DNA of 64,000 nucleotides. Origin: Chloroflexota bacterium. GTDB taxonomy: Bacteria; Chloroflexota; Limnocylindria; P2-11E; CF-107. The notes under the pieces are model-generated. The model ran no database searches and was not told where the DNA came from. It saw only the letters and a list, made by a program, of their open reading frames with translations. The position numbers and the translations under genes were made by a program. The stretch's first letter is position 1, and each line of letters begins with the position of its first letter. Shown in pieces: positions 19,125-30,948 of this stretch. Location: assembly GCA_005881435.1 (NCBI GenBank), contig VBHP01000033.1, positions 54,215 through 118,214 on the forward strand. The letters are read 5' to 3'.

Positions 19125-19949
19125 CTACAACGCCCGCCTCGGATCGAAGGCGTCCCGCAGGGCATCGCCGAGCACGTTGAACGATCCCGCCGCCAGCAGG
19201 ATCGCGACGCCGGGGAACAGCGAGAGCCACGGCTCGGTGCTGAAGAAGTTGCGCCCCTCGCTGATCATCACGCCCCACTCCGGCGTCGGTGGCTGCGCGC
19301 CGAAGCCGATGAACGAGAGTCCCGCGACGGCGATGATCGCCGCACCCATGTCGAAGCTCGCCTGCACCAGGATCGGCCCGAACGCGTTCGGCAGGAGATG
19401 GCGGACCAAGATGCGGCCACCACTCGCGCCGACGCTGCGCGCGGCCTCGACGAACTCACGCCTCCGCAACGACAGCAGCTGACCGCGGATCAGACGCGCG
19501 TACACCGGCCAGGTGACGACGGCGATCGCAAGGATCGCATTCACCAGCGTCGGCCCCAACGCGCCGGCGATCGCCATCGCGAGGATCAAGGACGGAAAGG
19601 CGAGGAACACGTCCGTCAGGCGCATCAGCGCTTCGTCGACGAGACCACCGCCGTACCCGGCGACCAGTCCGATAACCGTGCCCGACGCGCCCGCCAGCGC
19701 GACGACGAACACGCCGACAAGCAAGGAGAGGCGTGCGCCGTAGAGGATGCGGCTCGCCATATCCCTGCCGAGCTGATCCGTCCCGAGCCAGTACTCCAGC
19801 GACGGCGGCGTCAGGCGCGCCGCGAGGGCCTGCTCCAGCGGATCACGCGGGCTGAGCACCGGCGCGAGCACGGCGAGGACTACCAGGACGCCGAGCACGG
19901 CGAGCGCGATCAGCTCGAGGGGTCCGCGGAGCAATCGACGCCTAGCCAC
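19125..19949 (-). CDS. Peptide ABC transporter permease (OppC/DppC family)
   Basis: 274 aa. BPD_transp_1 EAA-like region RLTDVFLAFPSLILAMAIAGALG. Overlaps upstream permease by 8 nt. Confidence 0.85.
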   Translation of the reverse strand: MARRRLLRGPLELIALAVLGVLVVLAVLAPVLSPRDPLEQALAARLTPPSLEYWLGTDQLGRDMASRILYGARLSLLVGVFVVALAGASGTVIGLVAGYGGGLVDEALMRLTDVFLAFPSLILAMAIAGALGPTLVNAILAIAVVTWPVYARLIRGQLLSLRRREFVEAARSVGASGGRILVRHLLPNAFGPILVQASFDMGAAIIAVAGLSFIGFGAQPPTPEWGVMISEGRNFFSTEPWLSLFPGVAILLAAGSFNVLGDALRDAFDPRRAL

Positions 19950-20958
19950 CGCGCTGGATCCTCGGATCGAGCCAGAAGTAGGCGATATCGACCACGAGGT
20001 TCGCCAGCGGATACGCCACCGCCGCGAGCAGCGTCACGCCCATCACCGCCGGGAAGTCCAGGCTCACCGCGGACGCCGTGGCGTAGCGGCCGAGGCCGGG
20101 CCAGCTGAAGATCGTCTCGGTCAGCACCGCGCCCGAGAGGAGGCTGGCGAAGGTGAGCCCGAGGATCGTGACCGTCGGGATCAGCGCGTTGCGGAGCGCA
20201 TGACGCCAGACCACGACGCGCTCGCGGAGTCCCTTCGCGCGCGCCGTGCGGATGTAGTCCTGGCCCAGCGACTCGAGCATGCTCGCGCGCGTCATGCGCG
20301 CCACCAGCGCGGTCGAGAAATATCCCAGCGTGACTGCGGGCAGGATCAGGTGGCGCAGGCTGCTGCTGAGCGCGTCGAGATCGCCGGCCAGGATGCTGTC
20401 GACGACGTACAGCCCGGTGCGCGTGGGCGGGGGCGCGACGAATGCGTCGATGCGGCCGCCCCCCGGGAACCAGCCCAGCTGGAAGTAGCCGACCCCGATG
20501 ACGATGAGGCCGAGCCAGAAGATCGGCAGCGATCCGCCGGCGAGGATGACGACGCGTACGACCTGATCGGGGATGCCGCCGCGTCGCACCGCTGACCATA
20601 CGCCCGCGGGGAGCCCAAGCAGCAGCGCGATCAGCAGCGCCGATAGCGACAACTCGAGCGTGGCCGGAAAGAAATCGCGGAGGTCGTCAGCCACGGCCCG
20701 GCGGGTGCGGATGCTCGTGCCCAGATCGCCGTGGAGGATGCCTTCGACGTACAGAACGTACTGATCGACCAGCGGACGGTCCAGCCCGTACTGGTGACGG
20801 AACTCCACGATCTGCGCCGGGGTGGCGTGATCTCCGAGCGCGGCGACCGCGGGATCAGCTGGGACGACGTGGGAGATCGCGAAGGTGATGATCGAGACAC
20901 CGACCATCACCGCCGCGATCCCCACGACGCGCCGCGCGAGGTAGGTGACGAATCGCAT
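19942..20958 (-). CDS. Peptide ABC transporter permease (OppB/DppB family)
   Basis: 338 aa, six TM. Typical DppB N-terminus (MRFVTYLARRVVGIAAVMVGVSIITF) and EAA loop. Confidence 0.85.
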   Translation of the reverse strand: MRFVTYLARRVVGIAAVMVGVSIITFAISHVVPADPAVAALGDHATPAQIVEFRHQYGLDRPLVDQYVLYVEGILHGDLGTSIRTRRAVADDLRDFFPATLELSLSALLIALLLGLPAGVWSAVRRGGIPDQVVRVVILAGGSLPIFWLGLIVIGVGYFQLGWFPGGGRIDAFVAPPPTRTGLYVVDSILAGDLDALSSSLRHLILPAVTLGYFSTALVARMTRASMLESLGQDYIRTARAKGLRERVVVWRHALRNALIPTVTILGLTFASLLSGAVLTETIFSWPGLGRYATASAVSLDFPAVMGVTLLAAVAYPLANLVVDIAYFWLDPRIQRGG

Positions 20959-21020
20959 CGGCGACCCTACCGAACTTCACAGTGGACTGAGAAGACGGGA
21001 AGTTCGGTAGGGTCGAGCCT

Positions 21021-22640
21021 CTATTTACTGATCGCCCAGAAGTCCGCGTAGGCCATGGGATTCCAGGCGAAGCCCTTGACGTTGGAGCGAAGACCGAAGT
21101 TCTGGCTCGGCTGGTACAGCACCGCGTAAGGGCCGTTGTGCAGCACGTAGTCCGTGATCTCCTTGTACGCCGCGTTGCGCGCGGTCGGGTCGGTGATCAA
21201 CGCCGCCTTCTTGGCCTTGTCGGCGATGCTCGCGTCGTTCCAGCCGTTGCGGAAGGCGATGGACTTCGCCGCGTAGTCGGTGAACGGACCGGCGTTCGCG
21301 TCGGGGTCCGGGAAGTCCGGGCCCCAGAGGATCAGGACCAGCTGGCCGCGCTGCGCGCGATACGTCGTCAGCAGCTCGGCTTGCGTCGTCTGCTTGATCG
21401 TCACGGTCACGCCGATCTTGCCCCAGTCGGCCTGCAGCTTGGCGGCGACGTCCGACCACTGTGTGCCGCCCGGTGCGGGTCCGGTCGGAACGAGGAGCTC
21501 GAGGCTGAAGCCCTTGTCCTGGCCCGCTTCGGCGAGCAACGACTTGGCCTTGGTGATGTCCTGCTGGAACGGTGTGTCGGCGTTGTGCCCGGCGAGGCCG
21601 GCCGGCACGATTCCCTGGACCTTCTTGGCGTTGCCCTTCAAGAGGTCGTTGACGATCCCGTTGTAGTCGATGGCAGTGCGCATGGCCTCACGCACCTTGA
21701 CGTTCTCCAGCGGTTTTACCGTCGCGTTCATACCGACGTACACCAGCTGCAGGCTGTCCGCCTTGAGCGTGGTCACGCCTTGCTTCCCCTGCTCCGCCGC
21801 GATCTGCTGCGGGCTGAGATCGACCGCGACATCGGCATCGCCGCGCTCGAGCGCGAACTGCTGGTTCGTCGACTCGGGCACGTGCTTCACCAGGATCGAC
21901 GAGAGGACCGGCTTGGCGCTGGCGTTCGGGTTGGCTTTGAGCTGGACCTCGGTGGCCTTGGTCCAGTGGTCAATGATGTACGGACCGCTACCGGCGGAGT
22001 GCTCCAGGAGCCAGCCGGAGCCAAAGTCCCCGGCGGTCTCGTGCGTCTTCACTTCCTTCGAATCGACGATGCTGCCGATGGTGAAGGTGAGGATCGACAA
22101 CAGGCCCTGCGCGCTCGCGGTCTTGGGCAGCGTGATCACGACGCTGTTCGCCCCGTTCGCCGCGACGCTCTCCGGCTTCAGCTGTGCGATGTCGGTGAAC
22201 AGGAACGCCGGCGACTTGTTCAGCTTGATCGCGCGCTGGATCGAGTACACGACGTCGTCGGCGGTGACGGCATTGCCGCTCGCGAACTTCGCGCCGGAGC
22301 GAAGATCGAACGAGATCTGCCAGTTGCTACCGGCATCCTTGGTCTCCCACTTCGTGGCGAGACCGGGCTTGAGCGTGCTCAGGTCCGAGCCCTGGAACTG
22401 GACCAGGGTCTCGTAGGCGTTGTGCACGATCAGCGTGCCGCTGAACTCGTACACCACAGCCGGGTCGAGTGAGATGAGATCGCTGACGTCCTTGTAGATC
22501 ACCAGCGTGCCCGCCTGGCCTCCGCCGGACGCGGACGGCGAAGCCGAGCCGCTGGCGCCGGGCGTGCCGGTGGTCGTACAGGCCGCGGCCACCAACAGCG
22601 CTATCGCGAGCAGAATCGCGAGTGGATGCGACCTGGACAT
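21021..22640 (-). CDS. Peptide/nickel ABC transporter substrate-binding lipoprotein (SBP family 5)
   Basis: 539 aa from ATG 22640 (MSRSHPLAILLAIALLVAAAC, lipobox). GGGGGAGG RBS. Family-5 SBP fold (DppA/OppA-like). Track ORF start 23069 is rejected. Confidence 0.85.
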   Translation of the reverse strand: MSRSHPLAILLAIALLVAAACTTTGTPGASGSASPSASGGGQAGTLVIYKDVSDLISLDPAVVYEFSGTLIVHNAYETLVQFQGSDLSTLKPGLATKWETKDAGSNWQISFDLRSGAKFASGNAVTADDVVYSIQRAIKLNKSPAFLFTDIAQLKPESVAANGANSVVITLPKTASAQGLLSILTFTIGSIVDSKEVKTHETAGDFGSGWLLEHSAGSGPYIIDHWTKATEVQLKANPNASAKPVLSSILVKHVPESTNQQFALERGDADVAVDLSPQQIAAEQGKQGVTTLKADSLQLVYVGMNATVKPLENVKVREAMRTAIDYNGIVNDLLKGNAKKVQGIVPAGLAGHNADTPFQQDITKAKSLLAEAGQDKGFSLELLVPTGPAPGGTQWSDVAAKLQADWGKIGVTVTIKQTTQAELLTTYRAQRGQLVLILWGPDFPDPDANAGPFTDYAAKSIAFRNGWNDASIADKAKKAALITDPTARNAAYKEITDYVLHNGPYAVLYQPSQNFGLRSNVKGFAWNPMAYADFWAISK

Positions 22641-22755
22641 GGAAGCCTCCCCCATACGCTTTTCGTCAGGTGACACGAGGCTAGGTAGCGCCCCGGTCAC
22701 CGTCAACGACTGTGTGCAGCTTGCCGCACCTGCTCTCGGAACGGAAGATGGCACG

Positions 22756-23634
22756 GTGACTCTTCCCAGTACCGCGACCCGGCCGGTTTCGCTCACCGCC
22801 GAGGAGGCTGCGGTCATCACCGCCGAGATCCACCGCCGGCGCGCCGAGGCCGAGCGCTGGCTGCAGACGGACCCGACGTCGTACCTCGCGACGACCGAGC
22901 GGCATGATTTCGAGCGCCGCGTGGTGCTGACGGTAGGCAGCGGCTCAGCTGCCGACGTCCGCATCGACGATCCGGCGCTCCACGCCCAGCACCTGACCGT
23001 GACGGCGCTCGAGGACGGTTTCCGTATCGAAGCCGCCGCGCCGGCGGCCACGTTCAAGATCGGGGACACCGTGGTGCGACAGGGTGTCCTGAGCTCCGGC
23101 TTCGTCGAGCTTGGGCGGTATCGATTGCGGCTGTCGCATCAGGGCTTCCCCGCGATCGTGGTGCTGGACCGCGAGAAAGTCCGCCTCGCCGGGGTCGTGC
23201 GGCCGCGGTACTTCCCGGTCGATCTCTCCTATCGGTACGTGGTGCCGCTCACGGCCGCCGCGCGCGCCGAGCCGGTCGTGATCCTCTCGACGCGCGGTCA
23301 CCAACGACGTGCGCTTCGCGCCGGCTGGTTCGACCTCGAGATCGCGGGCACGTCCTGCCGCGTCGAGGCCGTGCGTCTCCTCGAGCCGGGCGTCGGCGAC
23401 AGCGCGTACGGGCTGTACTTCCGCGACCTGACCACCGAGCACGAGACCTATCCGGTCGGGCGCTATCTCGATCCCGAGGAGCTGCCGGATGGGACGTATC
23501 TGATCGACTTCAACCTCGCCTACAACCCGGCCTGCGCCTTCTCGCCGCACTACAACTGCCCAATACCGACGCGCGAGAACACCCTTCCGATCCAGATCCG
23601 CGCCGGCGAGATGACGCCCGAAGGAGCGCACTGA
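22756..23634 (+). CDS. DUF1684 domain protein
   Basis: C-terminal YNPACAFSPHYNCPIPTRENTLPIQIRAGE is the DUF1684 signature. Start uncertain: GTG 22756 or 22714, or ATG 22639 which would overlap the divergent SBP start codon. Confidence 0.6.
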   Translation: MTLPSTATRPVSLTAEEAAVITAEIHRRRAEAERWLQTDPTSYLATTERHDFERRVVLTVGSGSAADVRIDDPALHAQHLTVTALEDGFRIEAAAPAATFKIGDTVVRQGVLSSGFVELGRYRLRLSHQGFPAIVVLDREKVRLAGVVRPRYFPVDLSYRYVVPLTAAARAEPVVILSTRGHQRRALRAGWFDLEIAGTSCRVEAVRLLEPGVGDSAYGLYFRDLTTEHETYPVGRYLDPEELPDGTYLIDFNLAYNPACAFSPHYNCPIPTRENTLPIQIRAGEMTPEGAH

Positions 23635-23638
23635 CACG

Positions 23639-23914
23639 TTGCTGTCGGACGCCGAGATCGACGGCGCGCTGGCGACCCTACCCGGCTGGAAGCGCGAGGG
23701 CGATGCGATCATCAAGACCTTCCGACTACCGTCGTTCCGTGAGGCGATCGCGTTCGTGGACCGGCTGGCACCCGCGTGTGACGCGGCCGATCACCATCCC
23801 GACATCCTCATCCGCTACCGCCGCGTCACGCTGACCTACGCCACGCATTCAGAGGGCGGCATCACCGCGAAGGACATCGCTGGCGCGCGCGAAGCCGATC
23901 GACTCGCCAGCTAG
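23639..23914 (+). CDS. phhB: Pterin-4a-carbinolamine dehydratase (PCD/DCoH)
   Basis: 91 aa. PCD signature DHHPDILIRYRRVTLTYATHSEGGIT. TTG start. Confidence 0.8.
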   Translation: MLSDAEIDGALATLPGWKREGDAIIKTFRLPSFREAIAFVDRLAPACDAADHHPDILIRYRRVTLTYATHSEGGITAKDIAGAREADRLAS

Positions 23915-24609
23915 GCCTTGCGCGCGACGAACAGCGTCGCGCGCTGTTCGTCCAGGATCGGCGGCGCGAGTCGAGCGATGATCTCGCGGGCGCGCTCGAA
24001 GCGCTCGAGCATTTCGGCAGGATCGGGATCGCCGCGATGCAGGTACTGGCCGGCATAGTGGTCGAGTGCCGAGGCGTGATCGTCGAAGCGGAATCGCCGC
24101 GCGAAGCGCTCTGCCTCGACCGGCTCGAAGAAGCGCGACAGACGATCGGCGCCGTTCGCCTCGTCGAGCCGATCGTCCCTACGCCTGCCCTGACGTTGTC
24201 GCACCGCGTCGTCGACCTGTTGCAGCTGCGAATCGCTCGCACCGGCGAGCGTGAGCACCAGCAGCGTGCCGCCACGGCGCAGCACGCGGCGTAGTTCCAG
24301 CAGTGCCTCGTCAATGCGACCGGCGGCGTTGAGCATCCGCGACGCCAGCGCCGCCTCGAACGCGCCGTCCGCGAAGGGAAGCGCGTGAACGTCGGCGCAG
24401 GCCACCAGCGCAGAGCGAAGACGCGCGAAGCGGAGCCGCGCGCGATCGACGTCCACGCCGTACCAGCCGTCGCGCAGAAAGCGGCCCTCGCCGCAGCCGG
24501 CGTCGAGCACGCGGCCGCGCGCCAGCTCGGCGATGCGCCGGTCGGCCCACTCCAGCGCCTCGTCGCGAACGTCGCGCGCTTCCGCCACGAGCGGCTCGTC
24601 GTCTCGCAT
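23911..24609 (-). CDS. Class I SAM-dependent methyltransferase
   Basis: 232 aa. Motif I VLDAGCGEGRF and post-I ALPFADGAFEAALAS...LRRGGTLLV (Methyltransf_11-like). Confidence 0.7.
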   Translation of the reverse strand: MRDDEPLVAEARDVRDEALEWADRRIAELARGRVLDAGCGEGRFLRDGWYGVDVDRARLRFARLRSALVACADVHALPFADGAFEAALASRMLNAAGRIDEALLELRRVLRRGGTLLVLTLAGASDSQLQQVDDAVRQRQGRRRDDRLDEANGADRLSRFFEPVEAERFARRFRFDDHASALDHYAGQYLHRGDPDPAEMLERFERAREIIARLAPPILDEQRATLFVARKA

Positions 24610-24631
24610 CGCCGACTAGCATGACCGTCCC

Positions 24632-25426
24632 ATGGACCTCGGACTCCGCGGTAAATCCGTCCTCGTAGCCGCCGCGAGCAAAGGCCTCGGTCGCGCGGTG
24701 GCCGCGGAATTCGCCAGCGAGGGCTCCCGGGTGACGTTGTGCTCGCGGGATCGCGCCGTCAGCGAACGCGTTGCCGCCGAGCTCGCGAAGGAGAGCGGCG
24801 CCGACGTCATCGGCATCGGCGCGGACGTGGCGACGGCGGACGGATGCCGCACCTTCGTCGCCAAAGCAGTGGAGCGCTTCGGCGCCGTCGACGCGCTCGT
24901 GTGCAACGCCGGCGGCCCGACGCCGGGCAAGTTCGATGAGCTGGACGACGCCGCGTGGCAGCGCGCGGTCGAGCTGACCCTGTTCTCCGCGGTCCGTTTG
25001 ACGCGTGAGGCGCTGCCGCACCTCCGGCGCTCGAAGGGCAGCATCGTGTATCTAACCAGCAGCACGGTGCGCCAGCCGAGCCAGTACCTGAACCTGATTC
25101 TCTCGAGCGCGATCCGCACCGGCGTGACCGGACTGGCGAAAACGCTTGCGGCCGACGTCGGTCGTGATGGCGTGCGCGTCAATACGGTGCAGCCGGGACG
25201 TATCGAGACCGACCGCATCCGTCAGATCGACGAGGACGGCGCAAAACGGCGCGGCGTTTCGCCGGACGTGATCCGCGACGAGTTCCTCAAGATCATTCCG
25301 CTCGGACGCTACGGGCGGCCCGAGGAATTCGCCGCCGTGGTCGCGTTCCTGGCCAGCCCGCGCGCCTCGTACGTGAACGGCGCGTCCGTACAGGTCGATG
25401 GCGGCATGGTGCTGAGCCTGCTGTAA
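24632..25426 (+). CDS. SDR family oxidoreductase
   Basis: 264 aa. LVAAASKGLGRA (TGxxxGxG-like), NAG, and Y/K-type catalytic region. Classical short-chain dehydrogenase layout. Confidence 0.85.
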   Translation: MDLGLRGKSVLVAAASKGLGRAVAAEFASEGSRVTLCSRDRAVSERVAAELAKESGADVIGIGADVATADGCRTFVAKAVERFGAVDALVCNAGGPTPGKFDELDDAAWQRAVELTLFSAVRLTREALPHLRRSKGSIVYLTSSTVRQPSQYLNLILSSAIRTGVTGLAKTLAADVGRDGVRVNTVQPGRIETDRIRQIDEDGAKRRGVSPDVIRDEFLKIIPLGRYGRPEEFAAVVAFLASPRASYVNGASVQVDGGMVLSLL

Positions 25427-25439
25427 GCGCTCCGGGCGA

Positions 25440-25733
25440 TCACAGAAATCGCGCGCGCGCCGGCGGCCAGTAGCGGAAGACCACGCGTCCGAGCAGCGCC
25501 TGGCGTGGGATCCAGCCGGCGTCATGCCCCTCGACATCACCGCAGAGCTCCAGCGCATCCGCTCGCACGGCGCGCACGCGCTTCACGAGCCAGCGCCTGC
25601 CATCGCGCGGATCTCGCGCCACGACGACGTCGCCGCGTCGAGGCGCGACCAAATCGGTGTAGATCAAAAACTCGCCGTCGCGGAGCGCCGGCAACATGCT
25701 GTGCCCCGCGACGGCGACGCGGCCGATGATCAT
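25440..25733 (-). CDS. sodX: Ni-SOD maturation protease SodX (S26 signal-peptidase-like)
   Basis: 97 aa. S26 catalytic-Ser box GHSMLPAL (compare GDSMxPTL). Immediately downstream of sodN. Confidence 0.75.
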   Translation of the reverse strand: MIIGRVAVAGHSMLPALRDGEFLIYTDLVAPRRGDVVVARDPRDGRRWLVKRVRAVRADALELCGDVEGHDAGWIPRQALLGRVVFRYWPPARARFL

Positions 25734-25740
25734 CAGCGAG

Positions 25741-26190
25741 CTAGGCGGCGACGGCCTTCTTCACGCGCGTCTGCTCGGGCCCGCCGAGCTGCTTCCAGAT
25801 GTCGCCGATCTTGTCGATGAGGTCGATGAGCTTCTTGGCCTCGGCGATATCGGTGCTCTGCTTCACCTTCGATCCCTGTTTGGAGGCCTGCCACACCAGC
25901 TCGTGCAGGTTCGGGTATTTCTGCGTGTGCTCGGGCTTGAAGTAGTCGTGCCACAGCACGTCGATGTGATGCTTCGCCAGCTCCGCGCGCTGCTCTTTGA
26001 CGATGATGCAGCGTTCCTTGAAGACCTCGTCGCTCGAGGCGTGGTACTTCTCCAGGATCTTGTAACAGGATTCCGCCTCGATACGCGCCTGATCCGGATC
26101 GTAGACGCCGCACGGGATGTCGCAGTGCGCATGCGCGATCCGCGACGGCTTGAGCAAACGACGAATGGATTGCATGCTCCCCTCCTGCAT
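25741..26190 (-). CDS. sodN: Nickel superoxide dismutase precursor
   Basis: 149 aa. Ni-hook HCDIPCGVYDP follows a roughly 20-aa propeptide (...RIAHA|HCD). Four-helix-bundle length typical of NiSOD. Locally lower GC. Confidence 0.9.
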   Translation of the reverse strand: MQEGSMQSIRRLLKPSRIAHAHCDIPCGVYDPDQARIEAESCYKILEKYHASSDEVFKERCIIVKEQRAELAKHHIDVLWHDYFKPEHTQKYPNLHELVWQASKQGSKVKQSTDIAEAKKLIDLIDKIGDIWKQLGGPEQTRVKKAVAA

Positions 26191-26200
26191 ATCGATGTCG

Positions 26201-26578
26201 TTAGAAGGAGCGTAGCAGTCGTTCCACTTCCGCCCTGAGCCGTGCGCCTTCGGCCGGCTTCGCCAGATAGCCGTCGCATCCAGCCATCCGCGCGACCTGT
26301 TCGTCCTCCGGCATCGCGTGTCCGCTCAACACCAGGATCGGGATGCGACGGAGCTTGACGTCGTCCTTCATCCGACGCACCAGATCGAGTCCGCTCATTC
26401 CCGGCAGGCTGACGTCGGTGATGACAAGGTCGGTACCGTCGTGGGCGATCGCATTCAGCGCCTCTTCTGCGCTCCGTGCCGACGCCGTCTCGTAACCGGT
26501 GGGCTCGAGCATCGCGCCGACGAGCTCGAGATGGCGCGCGTCGTCGTCGACCAGCAGCAGCCGGACCTCGCCACTCAT
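26201..26578 (-). CDS. Single-domain response regulator (CheY-like receiver)
   Basis: 125 aa from ATG 26578: MSGEVRLLLVDDD...DLVITDVSLPGMSGLDL...KPAEG. Only the C-terminal part of track ORF 26201..27106 is coding. Confidence 0.75.
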   Translation of the reverse strand: MSGEVRLLLVDDDARHLELVGAMLEPTGYETASARSAEEALNAIAHDGTDLVITDVSLPGMSGLDLVRRMKDDVKLRRIPILVLSGHAMPEDEQVARMAGCDGYLAKPAEGARLRAEVERLLRSF

Positions 26579-26594
26579 GACTGGGCCGCGCGGT

Positions 26595-27604
26595 TCAGGC
26601 CGCCGCGTCGGCGTATTGCGCTGACGCGATCTGATCGATGGTGCCGCGCTCCAGCAGACCGGTGAAGAGCTCGACGTACGCCGCGTCCCACTGCGAGCCG
26701 GCGCCGGCGGTGAGACGACGGTGGGCCTCCTCGCGCGAAAGGCCGATGCGATACGAGCGATCCGACACCATCGCGTCCCAGGCGTCGGCGACAGCGACGA
26801 TCCGCGCGCCGATGGGAATCGCGTTGCCGCGAAGGTGATCAGGGTACCCGTTGCCGTCGAACCGCTCGTGATGATTGCGAATGATCGGAAGGAAATGCGA
26901 GACGCTGCGCAACGACGAGCAGATACGCTCGCCCTCCGCGGAGTGCACGCGCATGACGGCGAACTCCGCCTCGGTGAGCGCACCGGGCTTGAGCAGAATG
27001 GCGTCCGGAACAGCCAGCTTGCCGATGTCGTGAAGGACGCCGCCCATGTACAGGATCGCGAGATCATCGCCCGCAAGACCGTACTGCTCACCGATCTCCC
27101 GGGCATAACGACCGACGCGCTCGGCGTGGTGAATGGTGTAGCGGTCGCGTACCTCGACCGCCCTCGCGATCGCCCGCAGCACGGTCTCGGTCGCGTCGAG
27201 CCTCTTGTTGAGCTCTCGATCCTGTAGCAGCACCTTGGCGCGCACCAGCAGCTCTTTCGCGTCGAAGGGCTTTGTCAGGAAGTCGTCCGCACCGGCCTCG
27301 AGCCCACGGAGACGCGTCGTTCGATCCTGCAGCGCCGTCAGGATGACGATGGGGATGAGACGGCGGAGCGGATGCGACTTGATGCGAGCGCACACCTCGA
27401 GACCCCCGAGGCGCGGCATGTCCACGTCGAGCAGGACGAGGTCGGGCTCCTCGGCGTCGATCTGCTCGAGCGCGTCGATGCCGTCGACCGCCTGGCGCAC
27501 GTCATAGCCGAGCTCGAAGAGATGTCCTTCGAGCAGCTCACGGTTCGCGCGAACGTCGTCGACGACGAGCACGATCGGTTTGCGCGTCGGGGTGAGGATC
27601 GCGG

Positions 27605-27608
<4 letters not shown>
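26595..27608 (-). CDS. Response regulator with HD-GYP phosphodiesterase output domain
   Basis: 337 aa. Receiver domain (VLVVDDVRANRELL...DLVLLDVDMP) plus HD-GYP domain (HHAERVGRYA...LHDIGK...HHERFDGNGYP). Confidence 0.8.
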
Positions 27609-29803
<2,195 letters not shown>

Positions 29804-30166
29804 CTACACGCTCGGTCGCGCGAACCTGCGTGCGGTCTCTCGCAGCTGGTTCGGAGAGATCGGCTTGGTGAGATAGGCGTCGAAACCAGCCTTGGTGCCG
29901 CGCGAGATCTGCTCCGGCATGGCCGCGGATGTGAGCGCCACGATCGGCGAGGTCAACCCCGCCGCGCGCAGCTCCCGGCACACCGCCTCACCGCTCATGG
30001 AGGGCAGCTGGATGTCGAGAATGATCAGGTCGAAGGCCTCGCGAAGAGCGCGATCCCGTCCGGCGATGCCGTCCACCTCGACCTCGACGACGTGACCGGC
30101 GGTCTCCAGCGCGCCGATGAAGTACTCGACGTTCGCGGGGTTGTCATCAACCACGAGCACCCGCAT
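29804..30166 (-). CDS. Single-domain response regulator
   Basis: About 121 aa from ATG 30166 (MRVLVVDDNPANVEY...LIILDIQLPSMSG...KP). Stop abuts the hybrid histidine-kinase start. Confidence 0.7.
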   Translation of the reverse strand: MRVLVVDDNPANVEYFIGALETAGHVVEVEVDGIAGRDRALREAFDLIILDIQLPSMSGEAVCRELRAAGLTSPIVALTSAAMPEQISRGTKAGFDAYLTKPISPNQLRETARRFARPSV

Positions 30167-30347
30167 GTGTTGTGCACCATGTTCAATGGACATAAGCGCG
30201 GCAGGCTCACCCGGAGGAGGGTGTCTTTGGTGCACAGTGCGACTTGACTGAAATGGCGACGCTGTATACGAAAGTTCACATGAGCCATGTTTTAGACGTC
30301 ACGCGTACACTTCTGACCGTGATCCGCCCGGATCACGCCGGGGGAAG

Positions 30348-30938
30348 ATGACGACGAAGTCCACCGCGCTGACACCGCGCCAGGAGCAAGTGATGGCGCT
30401 CCTCAGCGAGGGTTTGAGCAACCGGGACATCGGCGTGCGTCTTGGGATCTCCGAGCAAGCCGTGAAGGCCGTCGTGTCGCGATTGCTCGCGCGCTTCCAC
30501 GTCCGAAATCGCGCCAGCCTGGTCCGTGCCGCTATCGGCGAGGCGCACGCAGCCGACCGCGGCGACGGATCTGGCGATATCCGCGGATTGTCCGATGCCG
30601 GGATCGTCGTCTTCGATGTCGAAGGGCGCGTGCTGTTCATGAACGATCGCGGCTCGGCGCTGGCCGGAACCTTTGACGAACGGCGTTCGCTGCCGGAGCA
30701 AATGGCCTACTACACTGTTCGCGATCCCGAGACCCGCCGCCCGCTCGAGCCAGCGGAGACGCCGGTCGGTCGCGCGCTCTCCGGCGAGACCGTCTCCGAC
30801 GGCTGTTTCTTGATCCGTTTGCCCGGGAGTGAGAGCGATACGCTGCTGCGGACGAGCACGACGCCGCTTCGCGACAGTCAGGGCCACGTCACCGGCGTGA
30901 TCGCGCTCTTCTGGCACGAGCCGGCGCGGTCCTCCTAG
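30348..30938 (+). CDS. LuxR-family regulator with N-terminal HTH and C-terminal PAS-like sensor
   Basis: 196 aa. N-terminal LTPRQEQVMALLSEGLSNRDIGVRLGISEQAVKAVVSRL (LuxR/GerE HTH), then a PAS-like segment (IVVFDVEGRVLFMN...). Domain order is inverted relative to usual LuxR regulators. Confidence 0.65.
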   Translation: MTTKSTALTPRQEQVMALLSEGLSNRDIGVRLGISEQAVKAVVSRLLARFHVRNRASLVRAAIGEAHAADRGDGSGDIRGLSDAGIVVFDVEGRVLFMNDRGSALAGTFDERRSLPEQMAYYTVRDPETRRPLEPAETPVGRALSGETVSDGCFLIRLPGSESDTLLRTSTTPLRDSQGHVTGVIALFWHEPARSS

Positions 30939-30948
30939 ACTCGCAGCT

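Noticed and set aside
21138-22472. 444-aa plus-strand ORF
   Set aside because: Antisense to the family-5 SBP gene.
26201-27106. 301-aa minus-strand ORF as a single gene
   Set aside because: Only the last 125 aa (from ATG 26578) encode a CheY-like receiver. The upstream part is an off-frame read through the HD-GYP gene.
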